Source: Candidatus Obscuribacteraceae bacterium (GTDB taxonomy: Bacteria; Cyanobacteriota; Vampirovibrionia; Obscuribacterales; Obscuribacteraceae). Taken from it: a DNA stretch of 64,000 nucleotides. A program made the position numbers and the translations under genes. This document shows, in pieces, positions 17,851 to 27,922 of this stretch (position 1 is the first letter of the stretch; each line of letters opens with the position of its first letter). Location of the stretch: NCBI GenBank assembly GCA_044229845.1, contig JBGASG010000002.1, positions 64,001 to 128,000 of the forward strand, read 5' to 3'. Under the pieces are notes generated by a model, which did no database searches, was not told the origin of the DNA, and was given only the letters and a program-made list of their open reading frames with translations.

Positions 17851-20325
17851 CTACTGCCCCGATGCAAACACATCTCCCTCACCTGTCGTTCTCGGGAACG
17901 GCACGGAACTGCGCGAGTACGAGTAGTTATTGCTTGGAACATATTTGATCAGCTTGACCGGTTCAGGAATGTTTTGCACCGTCTCGATCGCGTGGCGCAA
18001 CTTGCCTTTCGCATTGTCGGCTGCGTATAACTGCATCAATCGCACAAATTGCACGCTAACCTCATAAGAGCCATCGCTCTGCCGCACGCGCTTCTCCAGT
18101 AGTTTACGCGCGTCCGCACGCTTGCCGTGTTTCTCCAGCAGGTCGACATAGCGCAACAGCTCATCGCGATAAGACCATTCGTCCTCGGCGACCAGATCGA
18201 ACAGCCGCTTGTACGCGACAAGCGCTTCTTCGTCTCGTCCATTGTCCTGATAGCAGCAGGCCAGATCGGCTAAAGTTGACGCCAACAATACGTCATCTTT
18301 ACCCCATGCTTCCTGGCGAATTTGCAGTTCTCTCCGCAGAGGGGCAATTGCCTTCTGCCCTTCGATGCGCGTCACACGGCGCAAGCATTCCTCTTTGTAA
18401 TGGTTGTCCAGATCCGATATCGCGGAGGTAAATTGGTAAAAGTTACCAGTGGTGTCGCGATCGAAATACACGTGCGCTGCTTCTAAGTTGCCGTCCTCCA
18501 GAGCTCGACAAGCGAGCGCCACCATCGTATCGTTTTCCTCAGGCAGATATCCCAGCTTCACCAAAGTGGGAGCGAGATCATCAACTTCGGGGTTCAGCGC
18601 GCCTGCATTGCCGTAATGATAATCAGCCAACTCGAAGTAATGAAGCGCTTTCTCAGGAGGCAGCGCCTGTCCCAACTCAGTATTTGCCCGACCGGCATAA
18701 TAGCTGATCTCCTGATCATTGAAGTCCTTCAAGAAACCAGCGGCCACTTTCGCGCATTGCGCATACATTTTCTTTTCGAATAGAGTGCGCACCTTTTCAC
18801 GCGCAGCATCCTGAGGGTCAAGCAACTTTTCGGGGTCGCTCTGCTGCAACCACAGTTGAGCCATTTGCGCCACCAGCATCATTTCATATGAGCGGTAGCT
18901 GGTGCCGTGTTCATAATACTTGCTCGCCGCTTCATAGTGTTTGAGAGCCTCTTCTCTCATGGCATTGCGAGCTTTATCATTGCTGGATTCGTACACCTGA
19001 GCAGCGAGAGAATCAGCCACTTGCCAGTGCAACTCAGCTTGCAAACTGGGCGGCTTGTGGAGAGATTCGGACAGCGCGAGAGCCTGTTTCCACGCGGCGG
19101 ATTCCTCGGGGCGATGACTGCTGCCTGCCAGCTGGGCCGCATCGATCGATTTCTGCAACTGCAGTTCGCCCATGTACTTCTGACAGACCAGTCCGAGCAG
19201 AAGATACGCGCACATGCAGACAACGATCTTCTTGTCGAAGAAATCGAGAAACCTGAAAAGCAAGAGCTTCTCCGCCTTGGGCGGCAGCTTGCGCGTCACA
19301 CCGTTGCAGATGCAATCGGAAACCATGCGCAACGCATCCATCAACTCGCGCACGTTTCGAAAGCGCTTCGCCGGTTTCTTCTGCAAACACTTGATGATTA
19401 TGCAATCAAGCAACTTCAGCGCGTTATACTCCGGCGTGTCCTTGCCGTGCTGACTAGCCAGTTCGTGCAGATAGCCAGCGGACGCATGACCCGACTGATC
19501 GCCGACAAATGGCGGTCTGCCGACCAGCGATTCATACATCAGGCAACCCAGCGAATAAATATCCGAGCGTTCGCTGACGCGGTTGCGGTCGAGACACTGT
19601 TCAGGACTGAGATAAAATGCGTTTTGCACCGGGTCCGGTGGCATGCCAAAATCGATCAGCTTGACCAATTCGGCATCGGTATCTTCTTGATGAACAACAA
19701 TCACTTTGTTCGGCGAGAGGTTGCCGTGCACCAGCTGGTGCGAATGTGCTTCCCCGAGAGCTTCGCAAACCTGCATGAACACATTGAGAAACGTGGCGAT
19801 GTCCAGGCGTTTCGTGACCAGAAAAGTCTCGGCGAGGGTCTCGCCCTCGACCCAATCCTTCACCACATATGGTGCGCCGTCGTCGCCGACACCACACTCG
19901 TACACGGTGACATGGTTGACGTGAGTCAGTTCCGATGCACGTTGCGCCGCCTTCTTGATATTGCGCACCTGGGCGCTGTCGGTCAATCTGGCATTGAATA
20001 CGCGCAATGCGAAGATGCCGTCCATGCCGTCGCGTTTCGCCGCCCATGTGGTGCTGAGCGCATCGCGACACAACTCCCACACGAGCTCATAACTCCCGAA
20101 ACGCTGCACCGGCTCGCGGGCGTCACCGCAGGTTTCTTCCTGAGGCTTTCCGCCGCTTTCATGACTAACTGGTGGCGCAACCAATTTTATGGCTGCGCCG
20201 CCCGTACTTGGTTCGGGTTCGCTGTCTTCGTCGACGCTATGGAGAGATTCGCTGGGAAAACCGGTCTCGGACACCAGGGCGACACCAGGCCGCTGGTCGT
20301 GGCTTGCTCGACTTTTTCTTGTCAT
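17851..20325 (-). CDS. Membrane-anchored Ser/Thr pseudokinase with C-terminal TPR region
   Basis: Hanks-type fold (KLIDFG, YLSPEQ, SDIYSLGC, GRPPF) with degenerate catalytic motifs; one TM (IVVCMCAYLLLGLV); TPR-like repeats; likely start ATG 20325. Confidence 0.8.
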   Translation of the reverse strand: MTRKSRASHDQRPGVALVSETGFPSESLHSVDEDSEPEPSTGGAAIKLVAPPVSHESGGKPQEETCGDAREPVQRFGSYELVWELCRDALSTTWAAKRDGMDGIFALRVFNARLTDSAQVRNIKKAAQRASELTHVNHVTVYECGVGDDGAPYVVKDWVEGETLAETFLVTKRLDIATFLNVFMQVCEALGEAHSHQLVHGNLSPNKVIVVHQEDTDAELVKLIDFGMPPDPVQNAFYLSPEQCLDRNRVSERSDIYSLGCLMYESLVGRPPFVGDQSGHASAGYLHELASQHGKDTPEYNALKLLDCIIIKCLQKKPAKRFRNVRELMDALRMVSDCICNGVTRKLPPKAEKLLLFRFLDFFDKKIVVCMCAYLLLGLVCQKYMGELQLQKSIDAAQLAGSSHRPEESAAWKQALALSESLHKPPSLQAELHWQVADSLAAQVYESSNDKARNAMREEALKHYEAASKYYEHGTSYRSYEMMLVAQMAQLWLQQSDPEKLLDPQDAAREKVRTLFEKKMYAQCAKVAAGFLKDFNDQEISYYAGRANTELGQALPPEKALHYFELADYHYGNAGALNPEVDDLAPTLVKLGYLPEENDTMVALACRALEDGNLEAAHVYFDRDTTGNFYQFTSAISDLDNHYKEECLRRVTRIEGQKAIAPLRRELQIRQEAWGKDDVLLASTLADLACCYQDNGRDEEALVAYKRLFDLVAEDEWSYRDELLRYVDLLEKHGKRADARKLLEKRVRQSDGSYEVSVQFVRLMQLYAADNAKGKLRHAIETVQNIPEPVKLIKYVPSNNYSYSRSSVPFPRTTGEGDVFASGQ

Positions 20326-20675
20326 GTTTTGTTTGTCTACTAAGGGTGGAGGAGAGAGGAGCGAAGGCTCCGTCGTTGAATGGCGTCGAGTATATTGCCA
20401 GGTTGCCAAGGGGCAAATAGGGTTAACACTGGATTTGGACACCCCGGACCAGAACGGACGCAACTCACGCGAATAATTGATGTTTTTCGCGTGTCGTCGA
20501 TGGCGCCGAGCAGACCCACCGGGCATCCCGGAGCCTACGAGCGCCCCAGGGAAGTCTGATGAGTGATAACCGTCACCCTCGGGCACATAGTTAATATCGG
20601 CAGGATTGATTGTGCAGGCGAACACAATTAATATTGACAACTAATTCCTCACGTCATTTATGGAGCCAGACGACC

Positions 20676-21320
20676 ATGGCAGGAGCCGGGGAACAAGACA
20701 TCCCTAAACCCAGAAAAATCGGCGGCGGCGACGAAACCGGCGACGCAGCGATTAACCAGAAGGTCCAGAAGGAATCCGGCGACGCCCCTCCGGCGACGCC
20801 ACCCACCGAGGTCACCGATGCCGGTGCCAAAAACCTCGGCGCCATCACATCTCTGGACGCTCCGGCTGATTTCAAACTGACCACCAAGGTGGATACAGCC
20901 CTGGGCTACACATATATGTGGACGCCGCCCGGACGCAAGGACGTTTCCGTCAGCGTCAGCAGCCGCGCACAAGATCTGAACGCCAACGACACCAAAACAC
21001 TCAACGACATTCTCGCCAAACCAGATGGCTACGTGCTCAGTCCGCAAGAGATCCAGTCGCTGCAAGGGCTTTTGCGCGAGAAAGCGGATCCCAGCAAATT
21101 CACTACTTCGCTCGTGTACGTCCGCGAAATCGAAGGCAAGAAAGTCTTGAGCCTCGCAGGCGAATATGACAAAGAGAAAATCCACAACGAAACGCTGTAC
21201 ATCCCGGCTAACAGGTCAGGCAGCGCCATCCAGGAAGTCGCATACCAGGCTCCCATCGGAGTCAATCGCTGGGGCGACGCAGCCGGCAAGTCGATGGATT
21301 CGATCAAACTGAAGAACTGA
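20676..21320 (+). CDS. Stand-alone PsbP/DcrB-like domain protein without signal peptide
   Basis: NLGAITSLDAP...GYTYMWTP...VLSLAGEY...IQEVAYQAP...SIKLK aligns with the 14311 product and the 15235 C-terminus; GGAG before ATG 20676. Confidence 0.7.
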   Translation: MAGAGEQDIPKPRKIGGGDETGDAAINQKVQKESGDAPPATPPTEVTDAGAKNLGAITSLDAPADFKLTTKVDTALGYTYMWTPPGRKDVSVSVSSRAQDLNANDTKTLNDILAKPDGYVLSPQEIQSLQGLLREKADPSKFTTSLVYVREIEGKKVLSLAGEYDKEKIHNETLYIPANRSGSAIQEVAYQAPIGVNRWGDAAGKSMDSIKLKN

Positions 21321-21465
21321 AGAACTGAAGAACTGATCGCCTGCCCCAAGAGCGATGCGTCAGTTTTGATGCAGGAAACCGGTTTTTTGCTTGTGGATCC
21401 CCTCTGAAAAGCCATCTCGCAAGCAGATTTTGCCTGACTTGCGTCAAATCTGACGCAAGAGGGCG

Positions 21466-22923
21466 TTAGTCGTTGCGACGACCCAGGTCATCGACCTGGT
21501 TAGCTTGGTCTTTAGTCAGGAGCACGTACTGTTCGACGCGCAGGGCGCTGAGCGGCAATCCCAACATCGCATCGCGAGGCGGAGCATGCGGAGCGACATT
21601 CGGCGACAGCCAGTCGCCTGGCGACACCGGCTGCGGCTCAGGACTGACGAACACCCCAAGTTCCACGATGGAAGGATTCCAGACAGACTTCTCGGAGTTC
21701 CAGATCGGCTCCGCCCAGGCAAAGTTCGAACGCAGATCATTGCTGTCGACGTTGAAAAACTGAGTCGACATGCCGTACGCGCTCATCACGACCGGGTAGC
21801 TGTCGCGCTGATCTGAAGGTCGCAAATCGTAGAGGCGATTTTTGAGATTTAAGAGTGTTGTCCCAAATGCAGTCTTGCTGCCGGGAATGACGAAGAAACT
21901 GCGCACCGATTTCCGGTTGTCTCCGAATTGCAAAAGGGTCTCATCGTCCATCAACTTATTCAGCCGATCTTCGGAAATCGGCATCGGGTATGGCAACACA
22001 CTGAGTGGATTGTCGCCGGGCAACTGCGTCAGGGCCCGCTGGTAAATCACATCAGCGGCATCCTTGTGTCCATGCCGGTCCAGCGTTGCCGCCGCCATCA
22101 TTGATTCGAATTGCACATAGGGCAGATCGGGCGCACGGTACTTCGCCAGCGCAAACGCCGCCATGGCGCGCCGGTCGCGTTTCAGCGCTTCGTACAAAAC
22201 GGGATCGCCGACTTCCTGCTCGCTGACCTTCATGCGCCGCGCCCAGAAAAGCGCAATGCCATGCAGCCGCCTGGCCGTAGCGAAGTCGCCTTTCTTGAGA
22301 GCGATATCACGCATGGTGGCAACTCTGGTAGCGGCATAGCGGCGCGAAACCAGTCCTTCCATAAATGCAGTCGCCCGCACCAGGGGCGTCGGCAACAACC
22401 TGCCTTTGCGCGCCGCCGAATCCAGCGGCACCGAGGCGAGAAACGTGACCAGCAACCAGCAAAGTGGTGCCAGCCAGAGTCCGCGAATGACACGAAACTT
22501 GCGGTTAGACATCGGTGCCGGCGGAATGGCGCGATACCAGCGCGGCGCGGCAAGGTGAACCAGGAACAGCGCCAGGCAGATCAACTGGAAATAAGCCACC
22601 GCATGCAAAAACACATGCATACCGGTCAAGGGACGAAACATCGCATCGATGTAGAACACGAAGAGCGATGAGGCAAGAAACATGAAGCCGACAACCGCCG
22701 CCTTTGTGCCGCGCAACACGCGCCACCAGCGACCGCGGCGAAACTCGCCGGTGTCCATCCACACCGGTGCGATTGCCCCGGGTGAGATTGCCCCGGCTGA
22801 CGCAGCCTGTCCGGACTCAGAAGCAGGTTTCTCCAGCGCCGTAGACTCCCCCACCGGAGATGGCTCCCCCACCGGAGATGGCTCTCCGCCCGGCGCCGCA
22901 GCGGATTCCGCCTCCGCCGCCAT
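21466..22923 (-). CDS. Hypothetical membrane protein (about 3 TM helices plus helical soluble domain)
   Basis: Long ORF with three hydrophobic segments; GEPSPV repeats at the N-terminus; start uncertain. Confidence 0.6.
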   Translation of the reverse strand: MAAEAESAAAPGGEPSPVGEPSPVGESTALEKPASESGQAASAGAISPGAIAPVWMDTGEFRRGRWWRVLRGTKAAVVGFMFLASSLFVFYIDAMFRPLTGMHVFLHAVAYFQLICLALFLVHLAAPRWYRAIPPAPMSNRKFRVIRGLWLAPLCWLLVTFLASVPLDSAARKGRLLPTPLVRATAFMEGLVSRRYAATRVATMRDIALKKGDFATARRLHGIALFWARRMKVSEQEVGDPVLYEALKRDRRAMAAFALAKYRAPDLPYVQFESMMAAATLDRHGHKDAADVIYQRALTQLPGDNPLSVLPYPMPISEDRLNKLMDDETLLQFGDNRKSVRSFFVIPGSKTAFGTTLLNLKNRLYDLRPSDQRDSYPVVMSAYGMSTQFFNVDSNDLRSNFAWAEPIWNSEKSVWNPSIVELGVFVSPEPQPVSPGDWLSPNVAPHAPPRDAMLGLPLSALRVEQYVLLTKDQANQVDDLGRRND

Positions 22924-23101
22924 GGTGGTCTCGGCGCAAACAAGTTGGGGATCGCGACGTTCTCGGTGTTTGAACAATTCGAATTCCTATACCTCCATGA
23001 TACCCGGACAAAAACAGCCACGGGAATAGGGTTGTCGGCGCTTTTTAATGCAGAATCTGGGTATTATGAATGGCAGACTCACCCGAGGGAGACGCTACCC
23101 C

Positions 23102-24655
23102 ATGACTCGTCTGTCCAGAATTTGGCGTGCCGCTTGCGCTTCAGCGACTGCCCTGACGGCAACCATAACGATGGCAACCCTTTTAATGATTGGGCAGTCC
23201 GCCACGCCGGGCACCGGGCAGGCGGCGTGGGCGCAGGGTGGACCGGGCGGCGGTTTCGACCCCGAATTTGGTACGACGGCTGCCGGGCGCCAGAAGAAAG
23301 CCTACGCCTACTACCAGCAAGGTCTGGAAGCTGAGCGCATCGGCGACATCCCGTCGGCGGTCGAGTTCTATAAAAAGTCCCTTGGAGTCTATCCCAAAAT
23401 CAAAGAAGTACACCACGCTCTGGCACAAGCACTCACCAAGACCGGCGATATGCAGCGCGCATTGGCTGAGTTTCGGTCGGCTTTGAACATGGACTACAAC
23501 TTCGTTCAGTGCCGCAACAACCTGGGCGCCTACTACCTGAGGCTCGACAAAACCCAGGAAGCCGAGCGCGAGTTCAAAACTTGCGTCACCATCGACCCCA
23601 AATATCCGTTCCCGTACTACAACCTGGGCAAGATCTATCACGGCAAGGGCGACCTGGAAGCCGCCATCGAAAACTTCAGAACTGCCACCAGATTGCGTCC
23701 CGATTTTGCCGAGTCATACAAAGAACTCGGGCTGTGCATCTTCGAGCGCGCCAAGCAGGGCGACATCACCACCGCCATGGAAGAGCTTCAGAAGGCATCA
23801 TCCCTGGTGCCAAAAAATCCGGTCATCCACTACTACCTGGGCATCATCTACTGCACGAAAGGCAATCTAGATGCGGGAGAAACCGAATTTCGCAAAGCCC
23901 TCATGTGCGATCCGCGATTTGCCGCTGCCCACTGGGAATTGGGCAAACTGCGCTACTTCCGCGGTGATCTCGACCGCTGCCTGATGGAAATCGGTCAGGC
24001 GGAATCTATTAATCCTACATACGGAGAAGGCAGACAATATCCCGGCATCGACCTGATCAAAGTAAAGGCATTGAAGGCGGATGCACTGGAATATCGCGGC
24101 GAGTACGTCAAGGCGTACGAGACATACGAAGAACTGTGCAAGTTGCGGAAGGGCAACGCCGCCTACCTCGAACACATGGCCTATCTGCAAAAGGAAATTC
24201 GCAAAGACCAGAAAGGAAAACGACCGAGCAAGAAGGGACCGCAGTTCGATCCCGAAGAAGTGGAAGCGCTGGTGCAGAAGGGCATCTCCGCCTACGAAGA
24301 CGGCGACCTCGATGAAGCGAAATCCAACTTCGAACAAGCGTTGCAGATGAATCCCAACTCGGCGCTTGCCACTATCAATTTGTCGTCCGTTCAAGAAGCA
24401 CAAGGCGACCTGAACAATGCGGTCGCCAGCTGCCAGAAAGCAATCACTCTCGACCCACGCTATGACGGATTGGTTTACAACCTTGGATACCTGCTTGAGA
24501 AGATGAACCTGCCCAACGACGCCGCTCAGCAATACATGCGCTATCACGAAATGGGCGGCAAGTATCCTTATGATCCGCAGCATGTCATTGAGTTACAACA
24601 AAACATAATCCGCCAGCAAAAAATCGAAGCCGACAAGAGAAAACGCGGCTTCTGA
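23102..24655 (+). CDS. Exported TPR-repeat protein
   Basis: Many canonical TPRs (NNLGAYY, YYNLGKIY, HYYLGIIY, YNLGYLL); N-terminal hydrophobic segment. Confidence 0.85.
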   Translation: MTRLSRIWRAACASATALTATITMATLLMIGQSATPGTGQAAWAQGGPGGGFDPEFGTTAAGRQKKAYAYYQQGLEAERIGDIPSAVEFYKKSLGVYPKIKEVHHALAQALTKTGDMQRALAEFRSALNMDYNFVQCRNNLGAYYLRLDKTQEAEREFKTCVTIDPKYPFPYYNLGKIYHGKGDLEAAIENFRTATRLRPDFAESYKELGLCIFERAKQGDITTAMEELQKASSLVPKNPVIHYYLGIIYCTKGNLDAGETEFRKALMCDPRFAAAHWELGKLRYFRGDLDRCLMEIGQAESINPTYGEGRQYPGIDLIKVKALKADALEYRGEYVKAYETYEELCKLRKGNAAYLEHMAYLQKEIRKDQKGKRPSKKGPQFDPEEVEALVQKGISAYEDGDLDEAKSNFEQALQMNPNSALATINLSSVQEAQGDLNNAVASCQKAITLDPRYDGLVYNLGYLLEKMNLPNDAAQQYMRYHEMGGKYPYDPQHVIELQQNIIRQQKIEADKRKRGF

Positions 24656-24714
24656 TGCTCAGATGAAACCCCTTTACAGCGCCGCATGACCCCAAGCTGA
24701 TATACTTTCGGGCC

Positions 24715-25596
24715 ATGAGCAAAGCTATCTCCACTCTTACCTTTCAGAAGTACAAAAAAGAGGGGCGCAAAATAGTCGCCCTCACCGCGTACGACTACTC
24801 GACCGCCAAGATATTAGACCGGGCGGGCGTCGACCTGATTCTGGTCGGCGACAGCCTGGCGATGGTGGCACTCGGTCACCAGACCACGCACGCGGTCACC
24901 ATGGATGAGATGGTGCACCACACCCGCGCCGTGACGCGTGGCGTGCAGACCGCATTTGTAGTGGCCGACCTGCCGTTCATGAGCTATCAGGTGGACGAAG
25001 TGCAGGCGATTACCAACGCCGGACGTTTCATCAAAGAAGCCAACGCGCATGCCGTCAAACTGGAAGGCGCCACTAAACTAAATCTGGAAGTGATCGAACG
25101 TCTGGTCGGCATGGGTGTGCCTGTAATGGGTCATCTTGGATACACGCCGCAATCTATTCACGCGCTGGGCGGCACACGCGTGCAGGGACGCAGCGCCGAA
25201 GACGCGGCGCGCCTCCTGGAAGACAGCGTGGCGCTGGAACGCGCCGGTGTTTTCAGCCTGGTGCTGGAGATGGTACCGGCTTCGGTGGCACAGCTGATCA
25301 GCGAGCGCTTGCAGATTCCCACGGTCGGTATCGGTGCCGGTGCCGGTTGCGATGGGCAGATTCTCGTCACCGACGACCTGCTCGGCAAATACACCGACTT
25401 CCAGCCGCGCTTCGTGCGCCGCTATGCCAACCTCTCGGATATCTGCACGAGCGCCATCACCAATTACGCGGAAGACGTTCGCAAAGGCGAGTTCCCGAAC
25501 GCCGCCGAGTCATTCGCATTGCCTGAAGACGAGCAAAAACGGCTCCTCGAATTGATCGGCGAAGCAGATCGCAATCACAGCGAAGTCAGCTGCTAG
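24715..25596 (+). CDS. panB: 3-methyl-2-oxobutanoate hydroxymethyltransferase
   Basis: LTAYDY, ILVGDSL, ADLPFMSY, AVKLEG, GHLGYTPQ, GIGAG..CDGQILV. Confidence 0.96.
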   Translation: MSKAISTLTFQKYKKEGRKIVALTAYDYSTAKILDRAGVDLILVGDSLAMVALGHQTTHAVTMDEMVHHTRAVTRGVQTAFVVADLPFMSYQVDEVQAITNAGRFIKEANAHAVKLEGATKLNLEVIERLVGMGVPVMGHLGYTPQSIHALGGTRVQGRSAEDAARLLEDSVALERAGVFSLVLEMVPASVAQLISERLQIPTVGIGAGAGCDGQILVTDDLLGKYTDFQPRFVRRYANLSDICTSAITNYAEDVRKGEFPNAAESFALPEDEQKRLLELIGEADRNHSEVSC

Positions 25597-25616
25597 AGCC
25601 AGAGCCAGAGCTAGAG

Positions 25617-26066
25617 CTATTCCGCAGCAGCCTTTTTGTCCGGCAAGATCCGACTGCCATCAGAAGAAACTTTGATGTGCGCCACGATTCTACCCTCGTG
25701 CGCAAGCGGAACCGCCCAGCAAAACTCCGGCTCGCGAAACTCGGCTCCATCCAGGACCGATAGCTGAGCCGGAATCTGCCGCAAGCGCGCTTCGATCAAA
25801 GAAACAGTCTCCTCAGAGCACCCGGCCATGGCATGCAAGCCGCGCGGCAGTACACTGCCGTCCGCTCCAAAGTGCAGCACGACAACCGGCGCACCATCCA
25901 GCATCAGCGCGCCCTTCATCTCGTGTTCGCCGCGCGGGGCAATGTGGCTCCAGACACGCCCGGGCATTAGATTTGCCAGGCAGCCGCGGCTGGTGGAGAC
26001 TGCCTTTTGCGCATGTTCGGGAGTATTGAATGCCCGCATTTCGTGCGGCGATTTATCTGGCGGCAT
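25617..26066 (-). CDS. Hypothetical protein
   Basis: 149-aa ORF starting 3 nt after the response regulator stop; GAEFREPE..W.VPL motif. Confidence 0.65.
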   Translation of the reverse strand: MPPDKSPHEMRAFNTPEHAQKAVSTSRGCLANLMPGRVWSHIAPRGEHEMKGALMLDGAPVVVLHFGADGSVLPRGLHAMAGCSEETVSLIEARLRQIPAQLSVLDGAEFREPEFCWAVPLAHEGRIVAHIKVSSDGSRILPDKKAAAE

Positions 26067-26069
26067 TTG

Positions 26070-27398
26070 TCAGTCCTTCAGTTCGTTCATCAGTCCATGC
26101 GATTTCAGTTTGGCGTATAACAACTGGCGATTGATCCCCAGCAGTCGTGCGGCTTCCGCCCGGCTGCCCCCGGCGGATGTGAGCGCGTGCAGCAGCAGCT
26201 GTTTCTCCAGCGCCGCCATTGAAGCGTAGTAATCCATGCCGTTGCCGTCGCCTGCCGGCGCCGAACCGCTTTCGGCACCCCGTCCACCGAAACTCAAGTC
26301 GGTTTCTTCAATGACCGCAGCGCGTGTGGTCACGCAAAGGTGATACATGAGGTTTTGCAGTTCCCAGAGATTTCCGGGCCAGGGGTAGTCGAGCAAAGCC
26401 TTGGCGGCGCCGCTGCTCAAGCGCTTGGGCGCATCCGGTTTGGCTTGCTGCAGGAAAGTTTCGGCAAGAAACAGAATGTCGCTTCCGCGTTCGCGCAGCG
26501 GCGGCAGCGAGATGCCCATTACGTTCAAGCGATAATACAGATCTTCGCGGAACCGCTTCTCCCGCACCATCGCAATCAGGTCATATTGCGTCGTGGCGAT
26601 GATGCGCGGCGGCACCATATCTGGTGACGAGGCCGGTGAACCCGCGACGGGCGCGACCGGCATCTCTTTGAGAGCTCGCACCAGCTTGGCCTGCATCTGC
26701 GCATTCAAGTCACCGATCTCATCGAGAATCACGGTTCCACAAGCGCCCGGCGCCAGCGACTGAAACGACTCGTAATCTTCAGGGATGGCCGTGCACTCGA
26801 CCACGGTGAGCGGATTGTCGCGCTGCTCGCTGTATGCATGGATGGCGCGCGCCACTGTGCTTTTGCCGGTGCCGGTCTCGCCTTGCACGAGCACCGTTGC
26901 AGCGCTCGCCGCCGCCAGACCAATCAATTTCTCGACCCGCCGCATCGCCGCACATACGCCGACGAGACGGTCATCATGCCGCTCACCGCCGCCGGATGCG
27001 GGCACGGCAGCGTCAGGTTGTTTTGGTCTGGACAGCGCCCTCTGCACAACAGCAGACAGCTCATCTAGACCGAGCGGACGAGTCAAATGATCGAATGCCC
27101 CCAATCGCATCGCCTCGATTACATCATCGCTTTTCACATCGTCGGCAGTCAGGACAACCATCGGCAGCGATGCCAGTCGAGGCTGCGATTGCAGTTCGGT
27201 CAGCGTTTCAATCAACCACTGAGATTGACTGTGGTGATCGAGAATCACGACATCGACGGTGGCGTTTCCTCCGGACACGCAAGCAATCGCCTCCTCCGCT
27301 GAGTCAGTCTCGATCACCTGGTGTTGAAGTTTTTCAATCATCTCAGAGAGAACGCCGCCGGCGGCACTCTGGTCATGAATCAGAAGAATGGTCGCCAT
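26070..27398 (-). CDS. NtrC/Fis-family response regulator lacking the GAFTGA loop
   Basis: Receiver domain, GETGTGKS Walker A, ILDEIG Walker B, FREDLYYRLNV, WPGNLWEL, Fis-type HTH (EAARLLGINR). Confidence 0.88.
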   Translation of the reverse strand: MATILLIHDQSAAGGVLSEMIEKLQHQVIETDSAEEAIACVSGGNATVDVVILDHHSQSQWLIETLTELQSQPRLASLPMVVLTADDVKSDDVIEAMRLGAFDHLTRPLGLDELSAVVQRALSRPKQPDAAVPASGGGERHDDRLVGVCAAMRRVEKLIGLAAASAATVLVQGETGTGKSTVARAIHAYSEQRDNPLTVVECTAIPEDYESFQSLAPGACGTVILDEIGDLNAQMQAKLVRALKEMPVAPVAGSPASSPDMVPPRIIATTQYDLIAMVREKRFREDLYYRLNVMGISLPPLRERGSDILFLAETFLQQAKPDAPKRLSSGAAKALLDYPWPGNLWELQNLMYHLCVTTRAAVIEETDLSFGGRGAESGSAPAGDGNGMDYYASMAALEKQLLLHALTSAGGSRAEAARLLGINRQLLYAKLKSHGLMNELKD

Positions 27399-27402
27399 GA
27401 TT

Positions 27403-27816
27403 TCAAAGAGATGCGTTGACGGTCGCCGGCTCCGACGCAGTCGCCGGAACTTGACAATGCGACTGCGCGTTGCTGCCGGTCGGAATGAACACGAAGAACA
27501 CAGCGCCGACCATCAATAGAAAAGCTACTAGGTAGTTCCACTGAAACTGTTGTTTGAGGTAAAGGACTGAGAAGAAACCAAACACGATGAGCGTGATCAC
27601 TTCTTGAATAATTTTCAGTTGAGCAGCTGTAAATGTATAGCTGCCAATGCGGTTGGCCGGCACCTGGAAGCAATACTCGAGAGATGCGATCAGCCAGCTG
27701 ATCAGAATCGCTTCCCAGATTGGCGATGAACGATATTTGAGATGCCCGTACCAGGCAAACGTCATAAAGATGTTGGAGATTGCCAGCAATCCAACGGTCA
27801 ATAAACCTTGCATCAA
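27403..27816 (-). CDS. Small DMT-superfamily membrane protein
   Basis: SNIFMTFAWYGHLK, EYCFQVPANRIG, QLKIIQEVITL signature. Confidence 0.88.
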   Translation of the reverse strand: MMQGLLTVGLLAISNIFMTFAWYGHLKYRSSPIWEAILISWLIASLEYCFQVPANRIGSYTFTAAQLKIIQEVITLIVFGFFSVLYLKQQFQWNYLVAFLLMVGAVFFVFIPTGSNAQSHCQVPATASEPATVNASL

Positions 27817-27922
27817 TAACCCACTCCTGGAGTGCTAAGCCCGTTTTTGTTGACAATATTATGGACCAGCGCCTGGCGCCTAAGTGGATGATTGCGCGAC
27901 AGATGTGTCCGAATTCATGACA

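Noticed and set aside
18907..20343. 478-aa plus-strand ORF (likewise 28283..29326, 30927..32150, 39247..40332, 7487..8455)
   Set aside because: Antisense to well-supported genes; typical high-GC shadow ORFs without motifs.
20326..20640. N-terminal 105-aa extension of the kinase ORF
   Set aside because: Would fill the whole divergent promoter region; the sequence looks non-coding and ATG 20325 is more plausible.
21310..21336. tgaagaac x3 at a gene end (similarly the 6-bp repeats at 25593-25619)
   Set aside because: Very short slippage duplications around stop codons with no evident function.
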